This document shows positions 26,616 through 36,646 of a stretch of DNA of 64,000 nt, piece by piece. The first letter of the stretch is position 1. The number at the start of each line of letters is the position of its first letter. The notes beneath the pieces were generated by a model that made no database searches, was not told the origin of the DNA, and was given only the letters and a program-made list of their open reading frames with translations. The stretch spans positions 1,024,001 to 1,088,000 of the forward strand of contig CAXXMV010000002.1 in assembly GCA_963662285.2 (NCBI GenBank), read 5' to 3'. A program made the translations under genes and the position numbers. This DNA is from a bacterium (lineage in GTDB: Bacteria; Hinthialibacterota; Hinthialibacteria; Hinthialibacterales; Hinthialibacteraceae).

Positions 26616-28040
26616 ATGAAACCAAACTTTCTTATAATCGATGATGATGATGTGACTTGCCTGCTAGTGAAGAGCCATCTTGAAAATCTTGGCTATCAGG
26701 TTAAGTGCGGCAAAAGCGCTGCGGATTTACGTAGCTTTCTTGCAACAGATGATTTTAATGCAATTTTTCTTGATATCTATTTACCTGACGGGAATGGCAT
26801 CGAATTAATAACTGAGATTCAAAGGATTTCTACAGATATTCCGATTATCATGATTACTGGAGATGGCCGCGTCGAAACTGTGGTTGAAGCGATGCAGGCG
26901 GGCGCTTTCGATTATTGTCCTAAACCTCTGGAATTGCCTCGATTAAAAGTTGTTGCAAAAAATGCCTTGGATCGTTATACCCTCGAACGTAAAGTATCCA
27001 CCCTGGAGAAGACGCAACGCCTGAAATTTGATGAATTGATCGGCGGCAGCGCTCCAATGCAGGTGGTGTATCATATCATAGAGACAGTTGCTCCAACCAA
27101 AGCGCCAGTGCTGATAACCGGGGAGAGTGGTTGCGGCAAGGAACTGGTGGCTCGCGCTATTCACAATCTATCTCCACGAAGGGATAGAGAACTTGTCGAT
27201 GTTAATTGCGCGGCTATTCCCAAGGATTTGTTGGAAAGCGAATTGTTCGGACACGAAAAATCCGCTTTCACCGGAGCGACCAAGCGTGCTATCGGTCGAT
27301 GTGAACGCGCGCATCAGTCTTCTCTGTTTCTTGATGAAATCGGAGAAATGAATATCAGTTTACAAGCCAAAATGCTCCGTTTTCTGCAAGAGTACGCCTT
27401 TTACCGGGTTGGCAGTCAGGAAAAAATCCATGTGGATGTGCGGATTATTTCTGCGACTAACCGGAATCCACTTGATGCAATTTCAAGGGCGCAGTTGCGT
27501 GAAGACCTCTATTATCGCCTTAATGTAGTTAATATTGATATTCCTCCTTTGCGTAAGCGACTGGACGATATATCTAACTTGACTGAATTCTTCCTCGAAA
27601 GATATTCCAAAGAGCATAATCGCCATTTTGAAAGCATATCTCAGGACGTAATTGATATATTTAAATCATACTCCTGGCCCGGTAATGTTCGTGAGTTGGA
27701 AAACTGCATCCAGCAATTGGTGGTGCTTCATGATGGCTTGAAAGTAGAAGCCAATATGCTTCCCGCTTTTATTCGGTCAAATGAAATGGAAGATTTCGAG
27801 ATTGAACCTCTTCAAAATACAGCCGTGAATTTTGAACCTTATGAAGCGATTCCAGATTCTGAGCCATTGCCAAAAAATCGGATAGTGCCTTTGGTTGAGT
27901 TAGAAAAAATTGCCATAGATCAAGCTTTGCGGCTTACAAGAGGAAATGTCGGGCAATCAGCGGTTGGATTGCAGATGAGTCAGGCAACCCTTTATCGTAA
28001 GGTTCGTGATTATGGTTTGGACTTGAAGAATTATAAATGA
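26616..28040 (+). CDS. Sigma-54-dependent response regulator (NtrC family)
   Basis: Receiver (IIDDD, FLDIYLPDGNG, KP), Walker A GESGCGKE, ESELFGHEKSAFTGA, FLDEIGE, WPGNVRELEN, Fis-type HTH TLYRK. Confidence 0.92.
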   Translation: MKPNFLIIDDDDVTCLLVKSHLENLGYQVKCGKSAADLRSFLATDDFNAIFLDIYLPDGNGIELITEIQRISTDIPIIMITGDGRVETVVEAMQAGAFDYCPKPLELPRLKVVAKNALDRYTLERKVSTLEKTQRLKFDELIGGSAPMQVVYHIIETVAPTKAPVLITGESGCGKELVARAIHNLSPRRDRELVDVNCAAIPKDLLESELFGHEKSAFTGATKRAIGRCERAHQSSLFLDEIGEMNISLQAKMLRFLQEYAFYRVGSQEKIHVDVRIISATNRNPLDAISRAQLREDLYYRLNVVNIDIPPLRKRLDDISNLTEFFLERYSKEHNRHFESISQDVIDIFKSYSWPGNVRELENCIQQLVVLHDGLKVEANMLPAFIRSNEMEDFEIEPLQNTAVNFEPYEAIPDSEPLPKNRIVPLVELEKIAIDQALRLTRGNVGQSAVGLQMSQATLYRKVRDYGLDLKNYK

Positions 28041-28086
28041 AATTATTCATCCTTGATGTGATGAATATTGAATGGTTGAATAGATT

Positions 28087-28132
28087 TAATGGCGAGGGCG
28101 TTTTAGGTTAAAGCGTTGCTCGCCATTATTTT
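28087..28132 (+). terminator. Probable terminator
   Basis: TAATGGCGAG...CTCGCCATTA-TTTT. Confidence 0.6.
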
Positions 28133-28221
28133 GTTGGAGTTGGATTGTATTTCCTGATCTAAGAGCGATAATAAAAAAAGCGCCATACAGAATAGAAAAT
28201 TATTAAAGAGGCGGATGAACT

Positions 28222-29757
28222 ATGAAATTTCCTCGCGCTAGTGGAATCTTGTTGCACCCGACATCGCTGCCTGGACGTTATGGCATAGGCGATTTGGGCA
28301 TTGAAGCCTACCGTTTCGTGGATTTCCTGGTTGATGCCGGGCAGCGTTATTGGCAGGTTCTTCCGCTTGGTCCAACCAGTTACGGCGATTCTCCTTATCA
28401 GTGTTTTTCTGCCTTCGCCGGGAATCCGCTCTTGATTAGTCTGGATAAACTGGTTGAAGAAGGTTTGTTGTTGGAATCGGAACTGAGCGACGCGCCTGAT
28501 TTCCCTGAAAAGAAAGTCGATTATGGGCGGGTGATAGATTATAAACCTGGTCTCCTTCGTAAAGCATGGCAGCGTGTGTTGGAAGATAAACCAGAGCCGA
28601 TATGGCAAGAGTTCCATATCTTCTGTGATGAGAATAACTGGTGGCTGCATGATTATGCTCTTTTTATGGCTATCAAGGATGCTCATGGTGGTTATGTATG
28701 GACTGAATGGGAGGAGAACATCGCAAAACGCGATCCTGAATCCTTGCAGCAATGGCATGATAAAGTTGGTGATGAGGTTGGCGCCAGAAAATTCTGGCAA
28801 TTCCTCTTTTATCGTCAATGGTGGTCGTTGAAGACTTATTGCTATGAAAAAGGCATAAAGATTATCGGAGACATCCCTATTTATGTTGCGCATGACAGCG
28901 CCGATGTTTGGGCGCATCCGGAATTATATTATTTGGATGAAAAAGGCAACCCTACTGTGGTTGCAGGCGTTCCGCCCGATTATTTCAGCGCCACAGGTCA
29001 GCTGTGGGGCAATCCGATTTATCAATGGGGATTGATGGCCAAAAAAGGATACCAATGGTGGGTCGATCGTTTCCGGCAGTTGCTTACATCGGTTGATATC
29101 GTCCGGTTAGATCATTTCCGTGGTTTTGAATCCTACTGGGAAGTTCCCGCCCAAGAGAAAACCGCCGAAAATGGTACATGGCAGGCTGGACCCGGAGCGG
29201 CGTTATTTGAAACTCTGCAATTCACCTTAGGCGAGTTGCCTATTATCGCAGAAAATCTCGGCGTTATCACCGAAGAGGTTGAAGAACTGCGCCATAGGTT
29301 TGAATTTCCCGGTATGGCGATTTTACAGTTTGCTTTCGGCGCTCAAGCGGACTGTGTGGATTTACCTCATAATTATACTGATAATATGGCGGCTTATAGC
29401 GGTACGCATGATAATGATACTACTTTGGGGTGGTGGGAAGGTTCCGGCGAGGGCAGTACGCGTTCGGCTAAAGAAGTCAAGCAAGAGAAAAAATTCGCTA
29501 GTCAATATCTCAACACTGATGGAACTGAAATAAACTGGGTCTTTATCAGGGCCTTGATGTCGTCGGTAGCCAACATGGTAGTTTTCCCCCTTCAGGATAT
29601 TATTGGATTGGGGAATGAAGCGCGCATGAACCTGCCCGGTCGACCTGGCGGCAATTGGCAATGGAGATTTACCAAGAGCCAGTTGGATGATTCGATGGCG
29701 CAGCGCTTGAAGGAATTATGTATAACCTACGGAAGAAAAATGCCTAAAAATTCATGA
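28222..29757 (+). CDS. malQ: 4-alpha-glucanotransferase (amylomaltase, GH77)
   Basis: RASGILLHPTSLP, GDIPIYV, AGVPPDYFSATGQLWGNP, RLDHFRGF, IAENLG, GTHDNDT. Confidence 0.95.
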   Translation: MKFPRASGILLHPTSLPGRYGIGDLGIEAYRFVDFLVDAGQRYWQVLPLGPTSYGDSPYQCFSAFAGNPLLISLDKLVEEGLLLESELSDAPDFPEKKVDYGRVIDYKPGLLRKAWQRVLEDKPEPIWQEFHIFCDENNWWLHDYALFMAIKDAHGGYVWTEWEENIAKRDPESLQQWHDKVGDEVGARKFWQFLFYRQWWSLKTYCYEKGIKIIGDIPIYVAHDSADVWAHPELYYLDEKGNPTVVAGVPPDYFSATGQLWGNPIYQWGLMAKKGYQWWVDRFRQLLTSVDIVRLDHFRGFESYWEVPAQEKTAENGTWQAGPGAALFETLQFTLGELPIIAENLGVITEEVEELRHRFEFPGMAILQFAFGAQADCVDLPHNYTDNMAAYSGTHDNDTTLGWWEGSGEGSTRSAKEVKQEKKFASQYLNTDGTEINWVFIRALMSSVANMVVFPLQDIIGLGNEARMNLPGRPGGNWQWRFTKSQLDDSMAQRLKELCITYGRKMPKNS

Positions 29758-29811
29758 TATTTTATCAGGTTTACTTATCCTTTATTGCATAAATGCATAG
29801 GAGGTATGGTA

Positions 29812-31206
29812 ATGGCGGCTCAACAGCGTCTTGGTTTTTGGCAGGTTTGGAATATGAGTTTTGGTTTTCTGGGCATCCAGTTCGGCTGGGGCTTACAGAT
29901 GGCCAATATGAGTTACATCTATGAATCGCTGGGTGCCGAGCCGCATCAGATTCCAATGTTGTGGTTGGCGGCGCCTTTAACCGGACTGATTGTGCAACCC
30001 ATAATTGGTCACATGAGCGATCGTACCTGGGGGTGGTTGGGACGTCGTCGGCCATACTTTCTGGTTGGCGCTATATTGAGTTCATGCGCATTGATCCTCA
30101 TGCCCAACTCATCGACCATGTGGATGGCCGCCGGATTGTTGTGGATATTGGATGCTTCGATCAATATCAGCATGGAGCCGTTCCGAGCTTTTGTGGCCGA
30201 TATCCTGCCCGAAGATCAACGCACCAGAGGCTTCGCCATGCAAAGCGTCATGATCGGACTGGGCGCTGTGATCGCGTCGGCCCTGCCCTGGCTGCTGATT
30301 AATGTCGGTGGTATGCAGCAAGAGGCGTCAGCCGGAAATTCTATCCCCCAAATAGTTAAACTTTCATTCTATATTGGCGCCATAGCGTTTATGGGCGCAG
30401 TTTTGTTGACCATATTCACCACCAAAGAACACCCGCCGGAAGATATAGAGGCTTTTCGCAAGAGAAAAGCGGAAAGCGCTGGTATTATAAAAAGCCTCAA
30501 AGAAATATTCGCCAGTATTGCCGCTATGCCGCGCACTATGAAGCAGCTGGCCTGGGTGCAGATATTTACCTGGTTGGGGCTTTTTTGCATGTGGCTCTAT
30601 TTCTCGGTCGCGGTGGCCCACAATATCTTTATGCAGGCCGATCCGGGAACGCCGTTGTATAATGAACTGCATCTGGCGGATGGATCATGGAATGTGGATT
30701 CGCCTAGATATAATGAACTGAAACTCAATGGAGTGGCCTGGGGCGGCATCTGTTTCGCTATGTATTCCGCTGTTTGTTTTGTGGTGGGTTTTTTCCTGCC
30801 TGCCTTAGCTAATGCAGTCGGGCGTAAGGCGGCGCATTCTATCTGCCTGTTGTGCGGCGCCGCTGGATTGTTATCGGTGGCGGTGATTCATAATCAATAT
30901 ATATTGTTGCTTTCTATGACTGGCGTTGGAATCGCCTGGGCCAGCATACTTTCGATCCCCTATGCAATCCTGTCCGGTTCGCTGCCGCCCAAGAAGATCG
31001 GCATATACATGGGGATATTTAATTTCTTTATTGTGCTTCCCGAAATTGTCGCCGCGCTGGGATTCGGGATGGTTATGGAGCATCTGCTGAATAACAACCG
31101 TATGGCGGCGGTGGTTTGCGGAGGCGTTTCTATGGTCATTGCTGCGGCGATGATGGTTCTGGTTGATGATCCCGGAGAAAAAGTCCCGGAGGTAGAAATA
31201 TCGTGA
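29812..31206 (+). CDS. MFS maltose/sucrose-type sugar transporter (SLC45-like)
   Basis: WNMSFGFLGIQFG, GRRRPYFL, DASINISMEPFRAFVAD, GIYMGIFNFFIV. Confidence 0.88.
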   Translation: MAAQQRLGFWQVWNMSFGFLGIQFGWGLQMANMSYIYESLGAEPHQIPMLWLAAPLTGLIVQPIIGHMSDRTWGWLGRRRPYFLVGAILSSCALILMPNSSTMWMAAGLLWILDASINISMEPFRAFVADILPEDQRTRGFAMQSVMIGLGAVIASALPWLLINVGGMQQEASAGNSIPQIVKLSFYIGAIAFMGAVLLTIFTTKEHPPEDIEAFRKRKAESAGIIKSLKEIFASIAAMPRTMKQLAWVQIFTWLGLFCMWLYFSVAVAHNIFMQADPGTPLYNELHLADGSWNVDSPRYNELKLNGVAWGGICFAMYSAVCFVVGFFLPALANAVGRKAAHSICLLCGAAGLLSVAVIHNQYILLLSMTGVGIAWASILSIPYAILSGSLPPKKIGIYMGIFNFFIVLPEIVAALGFGMVMEHLLNNNRMAAVVCGGVSMVIAAAMMVLVDDPGEKVPEVEIS

Positions 31207-33101
31207 GAGGTCTAATCCGGTTTTTCTATGGCGTCGCCTTGGTTGGAGTAATGGTTTTGGTGGTTGGCAGTAAAGCCTATGCAGCAGATGCGCCGGGCGT
31301 GACTAAAGTGGAACCGCCCAACTGGTGGCCGGGGCATACTATTAATCAAGTGCAACTGTTGATTCGCGGCCAGAATCTATCGGGCGCTGAAATTGAATCT
31401 TCTTATAATAAATTGATTGTTAAGAAGATTAGCGAAAATGAAAAGGGGACGTATTTGTTCGTTGAGGTGAAGATCGAAGAAGGCGCTGAGCCAGGTTCTT
31501 ATCCCTTTACTATCAAGACTAGCGATGGAAATGCAATCGCGCCATTTGAACTTGCTAAACCTCTGGTGCGCCAGGGGCGCTATCAGGGATTTTCTTCTGA
31601 AGATGTTTTTTACCTGCTGATGCCGGACCGTTTCGCCAATGGCGACCAGAGTAATGATGATCCCGAAATTTCCCGTGGTTTATATGACCGGAGCAAGGCG
31701 CGGTATTATCACGGCGGAGATTTGCAGGGCGTCATAGATCGTCTGCCATACTTAAAAGACCTGGGCATAACCACTATATGGATGAATCCTATCTATGACA
31801 ATGCCAACCAACTTAATCAGCGCGAGACCTATAATAAACAGGCTATCACCGATTATCACAGTTACGGCGCCACTGATTTTTATGCGGTAGACGAACATTT
31901 CGGTGATATGGCGTTGTTCCGTGAATTGGTAGACCGGGCGCATGAGATGGGTATCAAGATTGTACAGGATCAGGTCGCCAATCATACCGGACCTTATCAC
32001 CCCTGGGTGAAAGATTCACCCACCCCGACCTGGTATAACGGAACCGCAGAAGAGCATCTGGCCAATACATGGCAGACATGGACTCTTGTTGATCCCCACG
32101 CTTCTCTACAGTTGCAAAAGGAGACCCTGGAAGGCTGGTTTATTGATATTTTACCCGATCTGAATCAGAACGATCCCCAAGTCGAACGCTATTTGATTCA
32201 GAATACTCTATGGTGGATCGGTATGAGCGGCATGGATGGCATTAGGCAGGATACGTTGCCCTATGTAGGCCGGGGCTTCTGGAGCAAATGGACCGCCGCC
32301 ATCAAGAAAGAATACCCTGATTTCATTGTTGTGGGTGAAATGTGGGATGGCAACGCAGGCAAGGTCTCATTTTTCCAGGGTGGCGAGTTGCGCTTTGATG
32401 GTATTGATTCGGGGATTGACGCATTGTTTGATTTCCCTTTGTTCTATCCATTGCGACGCGCCTTCGCTGAAGGTAAATCGATTCGCCAGGTGGCTGAAGC
32501 GCTGAGCATGGATCATCTTTATGTCAGACCTGATCTGCTTGTTACCTTCGCCGGATTGCATGATGTTGCACGATATATGAACGAGACGGGCGCCGATTTT
32601 ACGGGATTAAAACTGGCGCATACTTTTTTGATGACCGCCCGCGGCATCCCGCTTATTTATTATGGCGACGAGATCGGCTTGCCGGGAGGCGGCGACCCGG
32701 ATAACCGGCGTGATTTCCCCGGTGGATGGGTGGAAGACCAGCGTAACGCCTTCACTAATCAGGGACGCACTGCGCCGGAGCGGGATTTGTTTGATCATAT
32801 ACGCAAGGTGATCAAACTTCGTCATGAACTGGAAGCGTTGCGGACAGGCTCAATGCGCCACCTGTATGTTGATGAATGGATATATGTTTATGCGCGCATC
32901 CAAGACGGGCAGGTAGTTATAGTCGCCATTAATAACGGAAAAGATGCGGCGGTATGCGATCTTCCAGTTGGGAACTTAGGGATGAATAATGGCGCAGTAC
33001 TAGTGAATCGATTGAATATAGCATCTTCTGTAAAAGTTGAAGATAATAAGATTCATCTATCTTTACCACCGCGTAGCGCATCAATTTTGGTTTTAAGATA
33101 G
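31203..33101 (+). CDS. Secreted GH13 cyclomaltodextrinase/neopullulanase-like alpha-amylase
   Basis: Signal peptide; KVEPPNWW N-domain, PDRFANGD, HGGDLQG, DQVANH, GIRQDT, VGEMW, LHD, YYGDEIG. Confidence 0.9.
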   Translation: MRGLIRFFYGVALVGVMVLVVGSKAYAADAPGVTKVEPPNWWPGHTINQVQLLIRGQNLSGAEIESSYNKLIVKKISENEKGTYLFVEVKIEEGAEPGSYPFTIKTSDGNAIAPFELAKPLVRQGRYQGFSSEDVFYLLMPDRFANGDQSNDDPEISRGLYDRSKARYYHGGDLQGVIDRLPYLKDLGITTIWMNPIYDNANQLNQRETYNKQAITDYHSYGATDFYAVDEHFGDMALFRELVDRAHEMGIKIVQDQVANHTGPYHPWVKDSPTPTWYNGTAEEHLANTWQTWTLVDPHASLQLQKETLEGWFIDILPDLNQNDPQVERYLIQNTLWWIGMSGMDGIRQDTLPYVGRGFWSKWTAAIKKEYPDFIVVGEMWDGNAGKVSFFQGGELRFDGIDSGIDALFDFPLFYPLRRAFAEGKSIRQVAEALSMDHLYVRPDLLVTFAGLHDVARYMNETGADFTGLKLAHTFLMTARGIPLIYYGDEIGLPGGGDPDNRRDFPGGWVEDQRNAFTNQGRTAPERDLFDHIRKVIKLRHELEALRTGSMRHLYVDEWIYVYARIQDGQVVIVAINNGKDAAVCDLPVGNLGMNNGAVLVNRLNIASSVKVEDNKIHLSLPPRSASILVLR

Positions 33102-33130
33102 TATAATATTAATTCATGAAGTGTTTTTTG

Positions 33131-33163
33131 AAGCCGCTTCGGGTAGATTCTCGAAGCGGTTTT
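33131..33163 (+). terminator. Terminator of the maltodextrin operon
   Basis: AAGCCGCTTCG...CGAAGCGGTTTT. Confidence 0.7.
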
Positions 33164-33254
33164 ATTATGGACAAAAATGGATTTTAGCGATATTAATAAG
33201 TGGTTATGGTTTATGTATTGGATCTATTAGAGAGAGATTTGTTAAGGAAATTTA

Positions 33255-35261
33255 ATGTTGAAAAGACGGCAATTTTATTTATTAGTAATGTTTGGCATGA
33301 TTCATTCAGTATTTGCAGCGGACGATGTAGTGATCAACGAAATTTATTATAATCCGTTTGATGACGCTGATTCTGAATTTGTTGAAATCTATAATCCCAC
33401 TTCACGTACTATAGACTTAAGTGCATGTTCTTTCACGGATGGCGTCTATTATTCATTTCCAGAGGGCGCCAAATTAACAGCGGGTGGATATGCTGTTATC
33501 GTTCGCTTTACCAATGCCCAGGCGTGGTCTGGAAAAACCTATGATATTTATGGACCGTTTATCGATGAATTAGACGATAAAGGCGAACTGATCCGCCTGC
33601 GTTCTCGTGATGGTCGGGTGATTGATGAAGTGGAGTATGATGATTATGTTCCATGGCCTACCGGGGCTGATGGTTATGGCTCAAGTTTGGAACGGATCAG
33701 CCCTGATCTTCCATCAAGTGATTATCATTCCTGGCGCGCTTCATTATCTGTTGCTCGTCATATCCGACAAGCGGGCGGCAGTCCCGGCGCCAAAAATTCG
33801 GTTTTTGACGTTGCTCCTAAACCAATGATTTCAGAGTGGCGAATTACTCCAGAGTTTCCCACTTCAAGCGATGAGGTCTATCTACAAGTTGTATTGGATG
33901 GCGCCGACTTGATTCAAAACGTGATACTGCGCTATGAGACGGTGAAGGGAACCGCTGTATCTTCAGTTATGACGGCAACCATGTCGCAGGAAGAGACCGA
34001 TGGAGAATTAGTGGTTTATGGCGCTGCGCTTGCGGCACAGGATTCTCAAACTCTGGTAAGATGGGTAGCCGAAGTGACGCTGAAGAATAACGAGCAAGTC
34101 ACAGTTCCACATTCGGCTGAAGCGCGGCCATTTAATTCATTTTTTATCTATGATAGAGACATTCCCTCGTTGCTTCCTGTGCTTTGGTTTTATCTACGGC
34201 CCCAAACTAGATTGACGCCAAGTACGCAAATAGTTTCTGGAGTTGTGATCAAAGAGGATTCGGAAGAGTTTGTCAGAGTCTATGATGGAGCGCGTATCGA
34301 GGTTTCGCGCAATGGCCATAAAATCCGTTTTCTAAAACATGAAGAATATCATGGTAACCGCACGCTGAATATGCTTCCCGAAAGCCCGCCGGTTGGAACG
34401 ACTTCCGGCCCTCAGACTCCGCATGTGGAGCAATTATCCTATGAAATATTTGAAGATTTCGGGGTGATGGTTCCTCATGGGTATTGGTTTAGAGTTATTA
34501 GCGGAACCCGGCATACTCAGCAAGTTTTGATTCAACAGACTAATGAGAGTTTTCTGGAAATAAATGGGCGAGATTCGACTGGCAATATATATAAAATCGC
34601 TTATAACGAATCAGGCGGTTATAAAAAGATGACCAATACCCTGGAGGACGATTCCGATTACCGCCAGTTGCTTGATAATATAGGTATGGGAAGCGAATCC
34701 CAACGTAAGGCGGCCATTTACCGATACTTGGATGTGGAAAAGGTAATGGGATACGAAGTGGCTGGCGTATTGATGAGCAATTGGGATGGCTTTTTTAATA
34801 ATATGTTTCTCTATCATGATCCCATGATGGATCAGTGGGAATGCATCCCCTGGGACCTTGATAAAACCTTTGGGTATGCCAGCGCTTCCGCCAAAATGTT
34901 TGCGGAAATGCCCATCGATTATCCCCTTGATGGACGAGCAGCGCAATCATCGCGTGATCCTGGACCGATATCAAGACCATTCCACAGAATCGGGGAACTG
35001 CATGAGGAATACAAATTACGCTTGCGCCAGGGACTCAATGGCTTGTTTTCACAGGAACGTATTGGCGCTATGATTGATGAGGTTGAAGATTTTTTGTTGG
35101 AAGATTTGGAATTGCAGGAAGATTATACCAATAGGTCGGTCACCACACGCCGAAATCAGATTATTCAGTCCTATGAGACCATGCGCACTTTCATGCGCTT
35201 GCGGCATCAATATCTGGATGGCGTGTTGCCTGTTCCGGTGAGCGATTGGCAACTTTATTGA
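33255..35261 (+). CDS. Lamin-tail domain plus CotH-like kinase domain secreted protein
   Basis: VVINEIYYNP, EFVEIYN, WP..ADG.GSSLER, GSPG.KNS (LTD); NWDGFFNNMFLY, IPWDLDKTFG (CotH). Confidence 0.8.
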   Translation: MLKRRQFYLLVMFGMIHSVFAADDVVINEIYYNPFDDADSEFVEIYNPTSRTIDLSACSFTDGVYYSFPEGAKLTAGGYAVIVRFTNAQAWSGKTYDIYGPFIDELDDKGELIRLRSRDGRVIDEVEYDDYVPWPTGADGYGSSLERISPDLPSSDYHSWRASLSVARHIRQAGGSPGAKNSVFDVAPKPMISEWRITPEFPTSSDEVYLQVVLDGADLIQNVILRYETVKGTAVSSVMTATMSQEETDGELVVYGAALAAQDSQTLVRWVAEVTLKNNEQVTVPHSAEARPFNSFFIYDRDIPSLLPVLWFYLRPQTRLTPSTQIVSGVVIKEDSEEFVRVYDGARIEVSRNGHKIRFLKHEEYHGNRTLNMLPESPPVGTTSGPQTPHVEQLSYEIFEDFGVMVPHGYWFRVISGTRHTQQVLIQQTNESFLEINGRDSTGNIYKIAYNESGGYKKMTNTLEDDSDYRQLLDNIGMGSESQRKAAIYRYLDVEKVMGYEVAGVLMSNWDGFFNNMFLYHDPMMDQWECIPWDLDKTFGYASASAKMFAEMPIDYPLDGRAAQSSRDPGPISRPFHRIGELHEEYKLRLRQGLNGLFSQERIGAMIDEVEDFLLEDLELQEDYTNRSVTTRRNQIIQSYETMRTFMRLRHQYLDGVLPVPVSDWQLY

Positions 35262-35268
35262 TGGATGG

Positions 35269-35300
35269 CAAGGGCAAGACCGCATTGCGGTCAGTCCTTG
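35269..35300 (+). repeat. Nested-stem palindrome after the CotH gene (REP-like or terminator)
   Basis: CAAGGGC-AA-GACCGC-ATT-GCGGTC-A-GTCCTTG. Confidence 0.4.
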
Positions 35301-35418
35301 ATCAAACCACTTACGATAAGGTGAGGGCTATTCTAAAAACAATTTGGATGGCTCTTTTACTTATTTTTAATGTCAGGTATTTAACGTAGTTTTTAGTGTA
35401 TCAAATTTTGGATAAACC

Positions 35419-36609
35419 ATGAATATGGAAGAATCGTCGTTATTTTTTGAACAGCAGGCCAAAGAGAATGGTTTTCTCCGTATCGCCGGAGTGGACGAAG
35501 TGGGGCGGGGGCCATTGGCTGGTCCGGTAGTGGCGGCGGCGGTGATTCTGCCTGATGACATAGCCCCGCAAATCCTGGGCGGGGTGCGCGATTCGAAGCA
35601 ACTGACCGAAATGGCTCGCGAAAGGTATTACGAAATAATCACCCATACGTCTGCGGGATGCGCTGTGGCGCAAGCCTCTGAGCGGGAGATAGAAGAGACC
35701 GATATCCGCCAGGCTTCTTTGCTGGCCATGCTCCGCGCAGTGGATGATTTGAATCCCGCGCCGGATTATGCGTTGATTGATGGACGTGATCTGCCCGGTC
35801 TGGAAATCCCCGGCGAGGCCATCATCAAAGGCGATTCCCGTTCACTGACTATCGGCGCCGCATCGATTGTGGCTAAAGTTACCCGCGACCGCATGATGGT
35901 TGCGCTGGATAAACAGTATCCCCATTATGGTTTTGAGCGTCATAAGGGATATCCTACCAAGTATCACCGCGTCGCTTTGAGCCTGTTCGGCGTCTGCGAC
36001 CTGCACCGCCGGACCTATGCTCCAGTGGCGAAGTGTCTTGGAACGGTCGAGACCAGCGCTGGTTTTATGGCATTCGTAGAAAAGATCATGCAGACATCAA
36101 CCGTCGATGGGCTGAACCAGCTGAATGATCAATTAACCAAATTGACCCTGCCGCCGGATGAGGAATACTACTTAAAAACGCGCATTAAATATACTGTGGA
36201 TTCTATTAAAAAAGAGTTTCGTAGCAAGAAGCCCGCTACGGTTGACCGAGGCGCGGATCATGAAACCTTGGCGATTGATTATATGATCCGCAAAGGCTAC
36301 GCCCTGTGGGAGCGTAATTTTCATTGCCGCCAGGGCGAGGTCGACCTTATTATGAATAAGGATTCGCTGATTGTTTTTGTGGAGGTGAAATCCCGCTCCA
36401 CCAAAGAATTCGGAATGCCCTACGAAGCGGTTGACGCCAAAAAACGCAAAAAAATCATCCAAGCCGCTGATAAATACCTGCTGGATCGCGGCATGTATCA
36501 GGGATGGGATATCCGATACGACGTAATCTCCATCCTGGCGCCGAAAAACCAACCTACGCAGATAGAGTATTTCGAAGACGCATTCAGGGTTGAAGGTGAG
36601 TTGGGGTGA
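35419..36609 (+). CDS. rnhB: Ribonuclease HII fused to a YraN (UPF0102) nuclease-like domain
   Basis: AGVDEVGRGPLAGPV, DSKQL, LIDG, KGD, ASIVAKVTRD, HKGY; then ERNF..RQGEVDLI, VFVEVKSR, RYDVISI. Confidence 0.9.
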   Translation: MNMEESSLFFEQQAKENGFLRIAGVDEVGRGPLAGPVVAAAVILPDDIAPQILGGVRDSKQLTEMARERYYEIITHTSAGCAVAQASEREIEETDIRQASLLAMLRAVDDLNPAPDYALIDGRDLPGLEIPGEAIIKGDSRSLTIGAASIVAKVTRDRMMVALDKQYPHYGFERHKGYPTKYHRVALSLFGVCDLHRRTYAPVAKCLGTVETSAGFMAFVEKIMQTSTVDGLNQLNDQLTKLTLPPDEEYYLKTRIKYTVDSIKKEFRSKKPATVDRGADHETLAIDYMIRKGYALWERNFHCRQGEVDLIMNKDSLIVFVEVKSRSTKEFGMPYEAVDAKKRKKIIQAADKYLLDRGMYQGWDIRYDVISILAPKNQPTQIEYFEDAFRVEGELG

Positions 36610-36646
36610 ATGTTTGAAGAACCTTGTCAAATGTTCTTATCTGATT

